From NCBI GenBank assembly GCA_031414955.1, contig JANOQV010000181.1:1-30129 (forward strand): a DNA stretch of 30,129 nt. The letters run 5' to 3'. The DNA comes from Pedosphaera sp. (GTDB lineage Bacteria > Verrucomicrobiota > Verrucomicrobiia > Limisphaerales > SIBH01). Of this stretch, positions 18,016 through 27,468 are shown piece by piece. Within the stretch, counting starts at the first letter, position 1, and each line of letters starts with the position of its first letter. The translations under genes and the position numbers were made by a program. The notes beneath the pieces are model-generated. The model worked only from the letters and a program-made list of their open reading frames with translations. It ran no database searches and was not told the origin of the DNA.

Positions 18016-18924
18016 CTACTTCTTCCGCTTCGCGCGATGGCGGCCTTTGAAGGTGAGTTCGGCGATACCTGACTTGTCGAGGTCGCCCAGTCCTTCCGTG
18101 ACCATGCGGTCGAATTGCTTCTTGGTCGCGGTAGCGAGCGGGAGATTCATCTTTTGCTTCTTGCCGAGGTTCAGGGCGATGCCGGAGTCCTTGGCCGCAT
18201 GTCCGGCGGAGAAGAAACAGGAGTGGTCGCGGTTCTGCATGTCCTCGCCGTCGGTCACGAGCACGCGCGAGTTCGCGCCAGTCTGGGAAAAAATCTCGCG
18301 CAACAGGGTCAGGTCCAGCCCCAGTGCCTGGCCCAGTCCCAGCCCTTCAGCTAGTCCGGCGGTGTTGATGTTCATCACCATGTTGACCAGCGCCTTGACC
18401 TGCGCGGCCGTGCCGGCCGTGCCGACGTAGCGCAGCAGTTTGCCGTCGTCGCTCAGCTTATCGAGAATGGGCTTCACCTTGTCGAAGGCGGACTTCTCGC
18501 CGCCGCACATCAGGTAGAGCGTGCCCTGCCGCGCCTGGTTGATGCTGGAGGCCATGCACGCTTCGAGCGAGCGGGCCTTGGCGCGGCGCGCGAGTTTCTC
18601 GACCTGAACGTGAACTTCCGGCGAGATGGTGGCGCAATTGATGAAGGTCCGGCCGGCCGCCCCGGCGAGCAGGCTGTCACCCTTGGACGCAAAAATCTTG
18701 AGCATCGCCTTGTCGTCGGTAACGACGGTGATCACGATATTCGCGAGGGCGGTAACCCGGGTCAGCGAGACGCAAGCCTCGGCGCCGATCTCCTTGGCCA
18801 GAGCCTGGCTCGCGGCGCGGTTGATGTCGTAAACGACGGTGACGTTGTAGCCGCATTCCTTGAGGCGGCGGGCCATGTTCGCTCCCATGCGTCCGACGCC
18901 GACAATTCCAATCTTCTCTGCCAT
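18016..18924 (-). CDS. NAD(P)-dependent oxidoreductase, 3-hydroxyisobutyrate / beta-hydroxyacid dehydrogenase family
   Basis: IGIVGVGRMGANMARRL Rossmann motif, INCATISP, GTLYLMCGG, catalytic-Lys region VKALVN, KDSGIA. Start placed at ATG 18924. Confidence 0.88.
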   Translation of the reverse strand: MAEKIGIVGVGRMGANMARRLKECGYNVTVVYDINRAASQALAKEIGAEACVSLTRVTALANIVITVVTDDKAMLKIFASKGDSLLAGAAGRTFINCATISPEVHVQVEKLARRAKARSLEACMASSINQARQGTLYLMCGGEKSAFDKVKPILDKLSDDGKLLRYVGTAGTAAQVKALVNMVMNINTAGLAEGLGLGQALGLDLTLLREIFSQTGANSRVLVTDGEDMQNRDHSCFFSAGHAAKDSGIALNLGKKQKMNLPLATATKKQFDRMVTEGLGDLDKSGIAELTFKGRHRAKRKK

Positions 18925-19074
18925 AAAAGTCCTTCGAGTTGTGTTTACTGATTCAGGTTGCGGGCTGTTTCTACTGACAAGCCCGACGCGACGCCAGAAT
19001 GATTTGAAAGCCAATTTCCAGCGAAAGGACAAAACCACCCGAAGCCATTCAGCACGGGCAAACAGCCCTGTTCA

Positions 19075-20631
19075 TCAGTGCCGGAAATGTCGCGTACCGG
19101 TGAAGACCATGGCCACGTTGCGTTCGTCGGCGGCGGCAATCACCTCGGCGTCGCGCATGGAACCGCCCGGTTGAATGGCAGCGGTCGCGCCGGCCTCGGC
19201 CGCGGCAATCAGCCCATCCGCAAAGGGGAAAAAGGCGTCGCTGCAAACCACCGAGCCTTGCAAGGTGAGCTTGGCCTCGCCGGCCTTCCAGACCGCGATG
19301 CGGCTGGAATCGACACGGCTCATCTGGCCTGCGCCGATGCCGAGCGTGCGATCCGCGCCGGCATAAACGATGGCGTTCGACTTCACATGCTTGACCACGC
19401 GCCAGCCGAAGAGCATGGCCTGCATTTCCATTTCCGTTGGCGGGCGTTTGGTGACGACCTTCAAATCGGCGGCCGAAGTGATCTTGAGATCGCGATCCTG
19501 CACGAGGAAGGAATCCGCGCCCACGCCGCGAATGTCGCTGAGAGTCGATTGCCGGATGGGTTTGAGGACCTTGATCAGCCGCAGGTTCTTTTTCTTCTGC
19601 AAGATTGCCAACGCTTCGGCGGTGAAGTCCGGCGCAACGATGACTTCGCTGAAAATCTCCGCAATGGCCTCGGCACAGCTCGCGTCGAGCGGTTTGTTGA
19701 CGGCGATGATGCCGCCAAACGGCGCCTGCCGGTCCGTAGCATAGGCCTTTTCCCAAGCCTCGCGCAGCGTGGCACCCCGCCCCACCCCGCACGGATTGGT
19801 GTGCTTGAGAATGGCCAGCGTCGGGGCCTCGCCGCTGAACTCCTCGATCAGTTGCTCCGCCGCCGTCAGATCCAGGATGTTGTTATAGGAAAGCTCCTTG
19901 CCGTGAAGCTGCTGAAAGTATTCGGCGAAGCGACCGCACAGCACCGCCGTTTGGTGGGGATTCTCGCCGTAGCGCAAGGTCTGAACCACACCCGCGTTAA
20001 TGTAGAGGCAGCCGGGTGAAGCGACGGCGGCTTCCTCGGCCGCGAATTCCTTGCTCAGGTGCATGAAGATGGCCGCGTCGTAGGCCGACGTGAGAAAGAA
20101 AACTTTCTCGGCCAGCTTGCGGCGCAAGGCCAGCGTCGTCTCACCGCTGGTCTTGATTTCCTCCGCCACGGTCCTGTAGTCCGCCGGATCGATGATGACC
20201 GTCACGCTGTCATGATTCTTGGCCGCGCTACGGAGCATGGACGGCCCACCGATGTCGATGTTCTCTATGGCCTCGTGCAAGGCCACACCGGGCTTCGCCA
20301 CCGTCGCCTCGAAGGGATAAAGATTCACCACCACCAGGTCGATGGGCGCGATGTCGTGCTCGCGCGCGGCGGCCTCGTGGGCGGCGTTGCCGCGGATGTA
20401 GAGCAGGCCGCCGTGGATCTTCGGGTGCAGCGTCTTCACGCGGCCATCCATCATCTCAGGAAACCCGGTATGGGCGCTGATGTCCTTGACCGGCAGGCCC
20501 GCGTCGCGAATGGCCTTGGCGGTGCCGCCGGTGGAAATGAGTTCCACGCCGGCAGCCACCAAGACCCGGGCCAGATCGATCAGGCCGGTTTTGTCAGAAA
20601 CAGAAAGCAGCGCACGCTGAATTTTTCCCAT
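19075..20631 (-). CDS. purH: Bifunctional AICAR transformylase / IMP cyclohydrolase
   Basis: [71 protein letters not shown]. Confidence 0.99.
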   Translation of the reverse strand: MGKIQRALLSVSDKTGLIDLARVLVAAGVELISTGGTAKAIRDAGLPVKDISAHTGFPEMMDGRVKTLHPKIHGGLLYIRGNAAHEAAAREHDIAPIDLVVVNLYPFEATVAKPGVALHEAIENIDIGGPSMLRSAAKNHDSVTVIIDPADYRTVAEEIKTSGETTLALRRKLAEKVFFLTSAYDAAIFMHLSKEFAAEEAAVASPGCLYINAGVVQTLRYGENPHQTAVLCGRFAEYFQQLHGKELSYNNILDLTAAEQLIEEFSGEAPTLAILKHTNPCGVGRGATLREAWEKAYATDRQAPFGGIIAVNKPLDASCAEAIAEIFSEVIVAPDFTAEALAILQKKKNLRLIKVLKPIRQSTLSDIRGVGADSFLVQDRDLKITSAADLKVVTKRPPTEMEMQAMLFGWRVVKHVKSNAIVYAGADRTLGIGAGQMSRVDSSRIAVWKAGEAKLTLQGSVVCSDAFFPFADGLIAAAEAGATAAIQPGGSMRDAEVIAAADERNVAMVFTGTRHFRH

Positions 20632-20718
20632 AAGGCGGCGGCTAAAATCCCAGAAGGAACCGACGTGGCAAGCAGAATGAAAACGGGAGCGGAAGATCAG
20701 AAGTTGTTCCGGCCACGC

Positions 20719-21678
20719 TCACAGACCCACCCATTTCATTCCAAAGCGCAGCCAGAGCGGAATGGTGATCAACCCGGCCAGCGACGTGCCGAGAACCACG
20801 CGCAACGCCGTGGCCGGATCACCGCCGTAATGTTTCGCCATGACGATGGGGAACACGGCGGCAGCCATAGCCCCTTGGATGGTGATGACGCGCTTGAGTT
20901 CGAGCGAGCAGGGCAGGTATTTCGCCAGCAACATAAAGAGCACGGGCAGGAAACCCAACCGCAACAGGCAGCTCACGAAGATGAGGCGCGCGCCGCGCAC
21001 GTCGCGGAATTCATGCACGTAGTCGGCCATGGTCGCGCCGATCATGAGCACGCCGAAGGGAATGGCGCACTGGCCGAGCATGTGGGCCGTCTTGTGCAGG
21101 AACTCCGGGACGTGGCGCTGGCCGATGATGAAGTTGAGGGCCACGGTGAGTACAATGGCAATGAGCGGCGGGTTGAGAATCTTGCGCCAGTTCGTACGCA
21201 TCGTGCCGCCGCCGAGGATGAGCAACCCCAGGCTCCAGATGGCGATCTCCACACCGACGTTGTGGACGAACAACACGGCGAGCGTCGAGGAGGCGGCTTC
21301 CTTGGCGAAGAGCGCGAGGATGAGGGGAATGGGCACGTAGCCGTAGTTGTAGGTCGAGACCACGAAGGCAAAGGTGCGCCGCGCCCGCTCGTCGCGCAGT
21401 CCGGTCGCGCCGCGCAGGAGCAGCGCGAAGGGAATGGCCAGCGCCACGGTGCCGAAGCCGATGAGCGGCGGGAGCCAGATGTTGCCCGGTTGGGCAAAGG
21501 CGGCATTGCCAATGATGGAATCGAAAATGAGGCAGGGCGTGAGGACATTGACCGTGACGCGCAGGAGGCTGGCGTCGGCGTCGGCGGTGAGCCAGTTCAA
21601 CTGCCGCAGCAACGCGCCGGTGCCGGCGAGGCAAAAGATCGGCAGCACGGCGGTGAGGACGGTGAGGAAATCGTTCAC
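20719..21678 (-). CDS. AEC (auxin efflux carrier) family membrane transporter
   Basis: About 10 hydrophobic segments; PCLIF, NYGYVPIP, ILNPPLIA, LGQCAIP...IGA, QGAMAAA; GTG start. Confidence 0.85.
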   Translation of the reverse strand: MNDFLTVLTAVLPIFCLAGTGALLRQLNWLTADADASLLRVTVNVLTPCLIFDSIIGNAAFAQPGNIWLPPLIGFGTVALAIPFALLLRGATGLRDERARRTFAFVVSTYNYGYVPIPLILALFAKEAASSTLAVLFVHNVGVEIAIWSLGLLILGGGTMRTNWRKILNPPLIAIVLTVALNFIIGQRHVPEFLHKTAHMLGQCAIPFGVLMIGATMADYVHEFRDVRGARLIFVSCLLRLGFLPVLFMLLAKYLPCSLELKRVITIQGAMAAAVFPIVMAKHYGGDPATALRVVLGTSLAGLITIPLWLRFGMKWVGL

Positions 21679-22187
21679 AAGTGGGCGGCGAAAAGATGCT
21701 TCACCAGCACGTCGAACTCGGCGGCTTGAATCTGGCGCAACGCCGCGATGGTCCCGGCGTCATTCCCCTGCTCTGCCGCTTCGCATTCGTCGATGAAGGC
21801 GAAGGCATCCCAAGTCTTGCGGCCAGTTCGCCCGGCCAGTTTTGGAAATGCCGGATGCTGGCCCACGCGGCGAAACCAATACTTGGCGTTGCCGTAGTCC
21901 GGCTCGCGCCGGTGCATGATGCCGTGGAGCCAGCTTCCATCGTGAGTTTCGATGTCTTGGGAGAGCGTATGCGACGCGTCGAAGTGATCGTGCCAGAGCA
22001 AGGCCGCGCTGCGGAGCAAGGGGCGGGCGGATTCGGGTGTGTGGTTTGCTTCGAAGAATGATTCCAGCCGGAGCAGCAATTCCGTTTCAGCCAGAGTACC
22101 GGGACGAGGCTGCGGCCCGAGCATCGGCACTTCAGGAGTGGCGATGGCGGATTTGAATTTCGCAGTCAGGTCGGCGGCGCTCGACAT
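21675..22187 (-). CDS. Conserved hypothetical protein (H..SQ...HGIMHRREPDYGNAKYWF motif)
   Basis: Motif-rich 170-aa ORF whose stop overlaps the AEC start (GTGA); promoter-like motif just upstream. Confidence 0.8.
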   Translation of the reverse strand: MSSAADLTAKFKSAIATPEVPMLGPQPRPGTLAETELLLRLESFFEANHTPESARPLLRSAALLWHDHFDASHTLSQDIETHDGSWLHGIMHRREPDYGNAKYWFRRVGQHPAFPKLAGRTGRKTWDAFAFIDECEAAEQGNDAGTIAALRQIQAAEFDVLVKHLFAAHL

Positions 22188-22193
22188 GGCGGG

Positions 22194-22222
22194 AGGCTAC
22201 GGAGCAGCCACCGGGCAATCAA
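22194..22222 (-). promoter_or_regulatory. Putative promoter giving a leaderless transcript of the hypothetical-AEC operon
   Basis: Minus strand TTGATT-N17-TAGCCT-N6-ATG. Confidence 0.55.
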
Positions 22223-22278
22223 AGTTTTTTGCCGGATTGGGGTTGTCATTCGCGAAAACGGGCGTAAAACCGGATTCA

Positions 22279-23493
22279 ATGAACGCCATGCAAAAGCATT
22301 TCCTTGTTTCCGCGCGAACCGTGAAAATTCAAACTCACAGCCGTGTGAGAATTCGCCGAGCCCTTGCATTCCTATCGGCGTCGCTCGTCCTTCTTTCCTG
22401 CGCCCTGGTGCTTCCAGCGGCCGAGGAAGTGTTGAACAACGCTTCCATCATCGAACTGCAAAGCTTGAGCTTGGGCGACGCGGTGATCATTGGAACGATC
22501 AAGACTTCCAAATGCAATTTCGACACCAGCCTCGGCGGTTTGAAGGAACTGAAGGCGGGCAAAGTGTCGCCGGCGGTCATCGAGGCCATGCTTGCGACCA
22601 AATCCGCGCCCCCAGCCCCCGCCGCGCCGGTCGCCAAAGGTGACGTCAACGATCCGCTGGCCCCGCACGCCGGTGGCGTTTGGGTCTTGCAGGAGGTTGG
22701 GGGCAAGAAAACCATGACACGAATCGAGTATTTCCGGCCAGCCATGGCCAACAAAGTGGGCGGCTACAATCCCTGGACCGGGATGTCACACGAGCAGTTC
22801 GTTTACCTGCCGGGGACCAAAGCCAAGCTGGAGCTGCCCGGCCGGCGTCCGGTGTTTTATTTCTATTTTGTCACGGGACAACAGTTTTCCAGCCAGGGCG
22901 GCTCGTTTGAATTCCTGAATGCCCAGAGTCCCGATGAATTCCTGCTGACGCGATTTCAGATCAAGGACGGTCAACGCCAGCTTTCCATCAGCAAAGGAAA
23001 TTCCTGGTACCAATCACGGGGGCTCAACAAATCCGTCCGCGGATACGAGGCGGAAAAAGTGGGGGAGGGCATTTATAAAATCTCGTTCAAGAAGGATCTG
23101 GCGAATGGCGAGTACGCCTTTTCTTCCGCGAACGGACAGGGCTACGGACAATGTTTTCCCTTCGGCATCTCCTCAACAGACCCTTGGATCGTGGACAAAA
23201 CCATCACTGACCCGGAAGTGAAACGCCTGTGCGACATTTTGAAGACCGGCAAGCCGGATGAAATCATCAAGTCGCTCAAGGCTCTTCGAGAAATGGACGC
23301 ACCCGAAGCCGTCCCGGACATCCTCGCCTGCTTCACCAGTTCCAATGCCAACGTCATCCGGGATGCCTGCCGGACGCTGGCGGTGCTCGGAGATTCGAGC
23401 AACGTCCCTTCCATCGAACCCTTGTTGAAGCATTCGAGGGCCGATGTCAAAAAGGACGCCCAGGAAGCCATCAACGCGTTGAACGGCAAGTGA
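22279..23493 (+). CDS. Secreted multidomain hypothetical protein with C-terminal HEAT repeats
   Basis: Signal-like RRALAFLSASLVLLSCALVLPA, helical N-domain LNNASIIEL...VIEAML, Pro/Ala linker, beta-rich middle, HEAT-like C-terminus (AVPDIL..VIRDACRTLAVLGD..VPSIEPLL..VKKDAQEAI). Start uncertain. Confidence 0.75.
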   Translation: MNAMQKHFLVSARTVKIQTHSRVRIRRALAFLSASLVLLSCALVLPAAEEVLNNASIIELQSLSLGDAVIIGTIKTSKCNFDTSLGGLKELKAGKVSPAVIEAMLATKSAPPAPAAPVAKGDVNDPLAPHAGGVWVLQEVGGKKTMTRIEYFRPAMANKVGGYNPWTGMSHEQFVYLPGTKAKLELPGRRPVFYFYFVTGQQFSSQGGSFEFLNAQSPDEFLLTRFQIKDGQRQLSISKGNSWYQSRGLNKSVRGYEAEKVGEGIYKISFKKDLANGEYAFSSANGQGYGQCFPFGISSTDPWIVDKTITDPEVKRLCDILKTGKPDEIIKSLKALREMDAPEAVPDILACFTSSNANVIRDACRTLAVLGDSSNVPSIEPLLKHSRADVKKDAQEAINALNGK

Positions 23494-23622
23494 TGGACGG
23501 CTCCAGAGCGGTGTGAGGGACGGGCAGGAAGCACTTCGGTTTCTCCACGCCACTGGCTCGGCGCAGGCGGCAACGCAAAGGGCGGTTGCAGTTTCCCAGC
23601 CGCTCCACTAATTCTCTCAGCC

Positions 23623-24678
23623 ATGCGTTTCATCGCCACGGTCATCGAAAAATTACAGCGGCACCCCAAGCGCCTCGTATTCCCCGAGGGAAGCGAGCCG
23701 CGCGTGCTTCAGGCCGCCCGGCAGTTCGCCTCGCTCAAGCTGGGCGCGCCCATTGTGCTGGGCGAGCGCGGCAAGATCAAAAAGGCCGCGGAGGATCTGA
23801 ATGTCTCCCTCGAGGGAGTGCGCATCATTGATCCCGATTACAGCGAGGAGTTGGAAAATTTCGCCCAGCGTTATGAACTCATCCGGCGCGGCAAGGGCAT
23901 CAAACTCGAGGAGGCGCGCGATGCGATGCGCAATCCGAATTACTTCGGGGCCATGATGGTGGCCATGCACCAGGCGGACGGCGTGATCTCCGGCGCGAGC
24001 GAGCGCATGGGCAGCACGTTGCGCCCGCTCTTTCAGGTGATCAAGGTCGCGCCCCAGGCCACCACGGCTTCGAGCTGCATGATCATGGAGGTGGAGGACA
24101 CGCGCTTCGGCGAGCAGGGAGTGATGTTCCTGGCCGACTGCGGCGTCATCCCCGAACCGGATGTGGAGCAGCTTTCCGACATCGCCGTTTCGACGGCGCA
24201 GCTTGCGCGTCACCTGCTCGGCAAGCGACCGCGCGTGGCCCTGCTCTCTTATTCGACCAAGGGCAGTGCCACACATCCCAGCATCGGCAAGGTGCAGGCG
24301 GCCACGGCGCTGGCCCGCCAGAAGGCCCACGCCAAGGGTTTGCAGGCCGACTTCGACGGCGAACTGCAAGTGGACGCGGCTCTCATTCCCGAGATTGCCA
24401 CGCGCAAGCTGCCGGACTCGCAGGTGGCCGGCCAGGCCAACGTGCTCATCTTCCCCGATCTGAATTCCGGCAACATCGCGAGCAAGCTGGTCCAGCACGT
24501 CGGCCGGGCCCACGCCTATGGACAGGTGCTGCTCGGTCTCGACCGCCCCGCAGCGGATGTCTCCCGTGGCTCCACTACGCACGACATTCTCGGCGTGGCC
24601 GCGATCGTCGGCGTGCAGTCCATTTCCTACGACCAGCTTTATCCGCAATCGGGACGGCGGCTGCCCGGGGAGAAGTGA
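23623..24678 (+). CDS. pta: Phosphate acetyl/butyryltransferase, catalytic domain only
   Basis: KRLVFPEG, ADCGVIPEP, RVALLSYSTKGS, DGELQVDAAL, ANVLIFPDLNSGNIASKL, DVSRG. Confidence 0.85.
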   Translation: MRFIATVIEKLQRHPKRLVFPEGSEPRVLQAARQFASLKLGAPIVLGERGKIKKAAEDLNVSLEGVRIIDPDYSEELENFAQRYELIRRGKGIKLEEARDAMRNPNYFGAMMVAMHQADGVISGASERMGSTLRPLFQVIKVAPQATTASSCMIMEVEDTRFGEQGVMFLADCGVIPEPDVEQLSDIAVSTAQLARHLLGKRPRVALLSYSTKGSATHPSIGKVQAATALARQKAHAKGLQADFDGELQVDAALIPEIATRKLPDSQVAGQANVLIFPDLNSGNIASKLVQHVGRAHAYGQVLLGLDRPAADVSRGSTTHDILGVAAIVGVQSISYDQLYPQSGRRLPGEK

Positions 24679-24681
24679 TGA

Positions 24682-24816
24682 AAACCCCAAATCCCAAACC
24701 CCAAACCTCAACCGGATTCCAAACTTCAAACCTTGGTGTGTCGCGAGGAAAGGCTCGGAGTTTGGAGTTTGAAGTTTGGAGTTTGTTTGGGATTTGGTTT
24801 TTGGTTTTTGGTTTTT
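24682..24816. repeat. Inverted heptamer-array element between pta and the DRTGG gene
   Basis: Left arm aaacccc aaatccc aaacccc aaacctc ... aaacttc aaacc; right arm ggagttt ggagttt gaagttt ggagttt gttt gggattt ggttttt x3. Confidence 0.85.
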
Positions 24817-24826
24817 ATCATCATCC

Positions 24827-25921
24827 ATGAACGAAACTACCCCCCGCGTCTTCATCGCCGCCACCCGCCAGAACGACGGCAAGACCACCACTTCGCTCGG
24901 ACTCGTGGCCGCGCTCCAGAACCACTACGGCCGCGTGGGCTACATCAAGCCGGTGGGCCAGCGCTTCGTCGAAATCGCCGAGCACAAGATCGACGAAGAC
25001 ACAGTGCTCATGGACAGCGTGTATCAATTGAACTGTCCGCTCAGCGACATGAGCCCCATCGCGGTGGAGCCGGATTTCACGCGCAAGTATCTCGCCAACG
25101 CCAACTATGACGCGCTGGTGCGAAGGATTGAGAAGGCCTTTGACCGGGTGGCCTGGGAAAAGGAGTTCGTGCTCTGCGAAGGCAGCGGTCACGCTGGTGT
25201 CGGTTCGGTCTTTGATTTGTCGAACGCCCAGGTCGCCAAAGTGCTCGGGGCCAAGGTCATCATCGTGACCCGCGGCGGCATCGGCAAACCCATCGACGAG
25301 ATCGCCCTCAATCAGGCGCTCTTCGAGAAGGAAGGCGTGAAGATCATCGGCGTGATCGTGAACAAGGTCGTGCCGGACAAGGTGGAGTTCGTCACCGGCT
25401 TTCTCCGGCAGGGATTGAAGCGCCGGGGACTCGACCTGCTCGGCGTCATTCCCCACCAGCCCATCCTTTCGCGACCCACCTTGCAATCGGTGAAGGATGA
25501 GCTGGAGGCCGAAAAGCTGAACCACTCCCGGCAGATGTCGAATCCCGTCGAGGACATCGTCATCGGAGCCATGAGCGTGCAGAACGCCCTACCCTACTTC
25601 AAAAGAGGCGTGCTGGTGATCATTCCCGGCGACCGCGAAGACATCCTGCTCGCGGCGGCGGCGGAGATGTGTTCGCAGGATTACACCGGACTGGCCGGCA
25701 TCGTCCTCACCGGCAACCTGCGCCCGGGCGATCATGTGCTAAAGCTGATTCGGGAGATGCCCTTCCCCGTCCTGCTCGCCGAGAAAGACAGTTATGCCGT
25801 CGCTTCGCAAGTCCACGACATGACGGTGAAGACGCGGCCTGATGACAAGGCGAAGATCAGTTTGATCCGAGACATGATCGCCGAGCATGTGAACGTGGAG
25901 AAAATTTTGAGCGCCCTCTGA
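24827..25921 (+). CDS. BioD-like P-loop + DRTGG domain protein (stand-alone Pta N-terminal-like domain)
   Basis: QNDGKTTTSLGL, VGYIKPVGQ, LCEGSGHAG, GVIVNKV, VIGAMS, IIPGDREDI, GIVLTG. Start placed at ATG 24827. Confidence 0.85.
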   Translation: MNETTPRVFIAATRQNDGKTTTSLGLVAALQNHYGRVGYIKPVGQRFVEIAEHKIDEDTVLMDSVYQLNCPLSDMSPIAVEPDFTRKYLANANYDALVRRIEKAFDRVAWEKEFVLCEGSGHAGVGSVFDLSNAQVAKVLGAKVIIVTRGGIGKPIDEIALNQALFEKEGVKIIGVIVNKVVPDKVEFVTGFLRQGLKRRGLDLLGVIPHQPILSRPTLQSVKDELEAEKLNHSRQMSNPVEDIVIGAMSVQNALPYFKRGVLVIIPGDREDILLAAAAEMCSQDYTGLAGIVLTGNLRPGDHVLKLIREMPFPVLLAEKDSYAVASQVHDMTVKTRPDDKAKISLIRDMIAEHVNVEKILSAL

Positions 25922-25928
25922 AATCCCC

Positions 25929-27023
25929 ATGAGCCTGGCCATCAACCCGTCCCTGAAATCCCTGCCCGTCTATGTCCCCGGCCGCCCGATCGAGGAAGTC
26001 GCGCGCGAACTGGGCAGGCCTGCCGCCGACATCATCAAGCTGGCCTCGAACGAAAACCCCTTCGGCCCTTCTCCTCTGGCGCTGGCCGCGATGGAAGGCG
26101 CGTTGAAGCAGACACACCTCTATCCCGACGGCGCGGCGTTTTACCTCAAGCGCAAGCTGGCGGCGAAGCTCGGCGTCACGCCGGAGAACCTCATTCCCGG
26201 CAATGGTTCGAACGACATCATCGAGTTCGTCGCCCACGCGCTACTGGATGCGAACTCCGAGGTCGTGGTCTCGCAATACAGCTTTGCCGTTTATGCCATC
26301 GTCACTCAGCTTTTCGGCGCGAAACTTGTCACCGTGCCGGCGCAGAAGTATGGCCATGACCTGCCGGCGATGGTCCGCGCCATCACGCCGCGGACGAAAA
26401 TCCTCTTCGTGGCCAACCCCAACAATCCGACCGGCACGCTGGCCCCGCGCGAGGACGTCGTCCGACTCATCAACGACACACCGCCGCATGTGCTGCTCGT
26501 AATGGATGAAGCTTATGTTGAATTCATCAGCAACCGGGTGGACCTGGTGCCGCTGGTGCGCCGTGGAGATTTCCCGAACCTGATTCTGCTCCGCACCTTC
26601 TCCAAGATTTACGGCCTGGCCGGGCTGCGCATCGGCTACGGCATCGGGCATCCTGATTTCATCGCCGCGCTGGAAAAGATCCGCCAGCCCTTCAACACCA
26701 ACGCACTCGCGCAGGCCGGCGCGATGGCGGCATTGGATGACGACGAACACGTCGGGCGCACCCGCGCCAACAATCAGCAGGGTCTGGCTTTCTACGAGCA
26801 GTCATTCCGCGCGCTGGGCCTCGAATACGTTCCCTCCGTCACGAATTTCATCCTCGTAAAAGTCGGCGACGGCCAGCACATCTGGGGCGAGTTGCAAAAA
26901 CGCGGCATCATTACACGGCCGATGGCCGGCTATCAGTTGCCCGAGTGGATTCGCATCTCCATCGGCACGGCGGCGGAGAATGAGCGGTGCGTGGCGGCGT
27001 TGCGGGAAGCCTTGGCGAAGTGA
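25929..27023 (+). CDS. hisC: Histidinol-phosphate aminotransferase
   Basis: YVPGRPIEE, IKLASNENPFGPSP, NPNNPTG, DEAY, LRTFSKIYGLAGLRIGY. Confidence 0.95.
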   Translation: MSLAINPSLKSLPVYVPGRPIEEVARELGRPAADIIKLASNENPFGPSPLALAAMEGALKQTHLYPDGAAFYLKRKLAAKLGVTPENLIPGNGSNDIIEFVAHALLDANSEVVVSQYSFAVYAIVTQLFGAKLVTVPAQKYGHDLPAMVRAITPRTKILFVANPNNPTGTLAPREDVVRLINDTPPHVLLVMDEAYVEFISNRVDLVPLVRRGDFPNLILLRTFSKIYGLAGLRIGYGIGHPDFIAALEKIRQPFNTNALAQAGAMAALDDDEHVGRTRANNQQGLAFYEQSFRALGLEYVPSVTNFILVKVGDGQHIWGELQKRGIITRPMAGYQLPEWIRISIGTAAENERCVAALREALAK

Positions 27024-27416
27024 TTTTGGGAGGGCTGTAAGCCGAATTCTGTCTGCACCCTTGCGGGCGGAGAGAATCATTTGTCTGAGCAGCCCATACC
27101 CGGAACCGGTCCGCTTGCGCGTCCTGCGGCGGGCCGCCGCGCGGTTCCCTATTTGGCCTTGCACCCGATGGGGTTTGCCGTGCCGCGTTGCTTGCGCTTC
27201 GCGCGGTGCGCTCTTACCGCACCTTTTCACCCTTACCCGAGCCTTGCGGCCCGGGCGGTTTGTTTTCTGTGGCACTGTCCGTTGGAAAGCGTCTCCACTT
27301 TCCCCCTGCGTGTATCTCCGCCCCGAAGAACGAAGTTACGCAGCATCGCGCCCTGCGGTGTTCGGACTTTCCTCCCCTCGCTTGCGCGAGGAGCGATCCT
27401 CCACCCTCCCAAAATC
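27022..27416 (-). ncRNA. rnpB: RNase P RNA (bacterial type A)
   Basis: Minus strand GAGGAAAGTCCGAAC ... CAGTGCCACAGAAAACAAACCGCC ... GGTAAGAGCGCACC ... ACAGAATTCGGCTTA; P1 closure gattttgggaggg/ccctcccaaaatc. Confidence 0.97.
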
Positions 27417-27422
27417 GGGGCG

Positions 27423-27451
27423 AAGGTAGCGGGCGGTTTCCGGCGAAGCAA
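27423..27451 (-). promoter_or_regulatory. rnpB promoter
   Basis: Minus strand TTGCTT-N17-TACCTT, 6 nt before the P1 5' end. Confidence 0.7.
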
Positions 27452-27468
27452 GCGATGCCGCCAACTGG

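Noticed and set aside
20632..20718. ZMP/ZTP riboswitch upstream of purH
   Set aside because: The 87-nt gap shows none of the conserved ZTP aptamer motifs that I can recognise.
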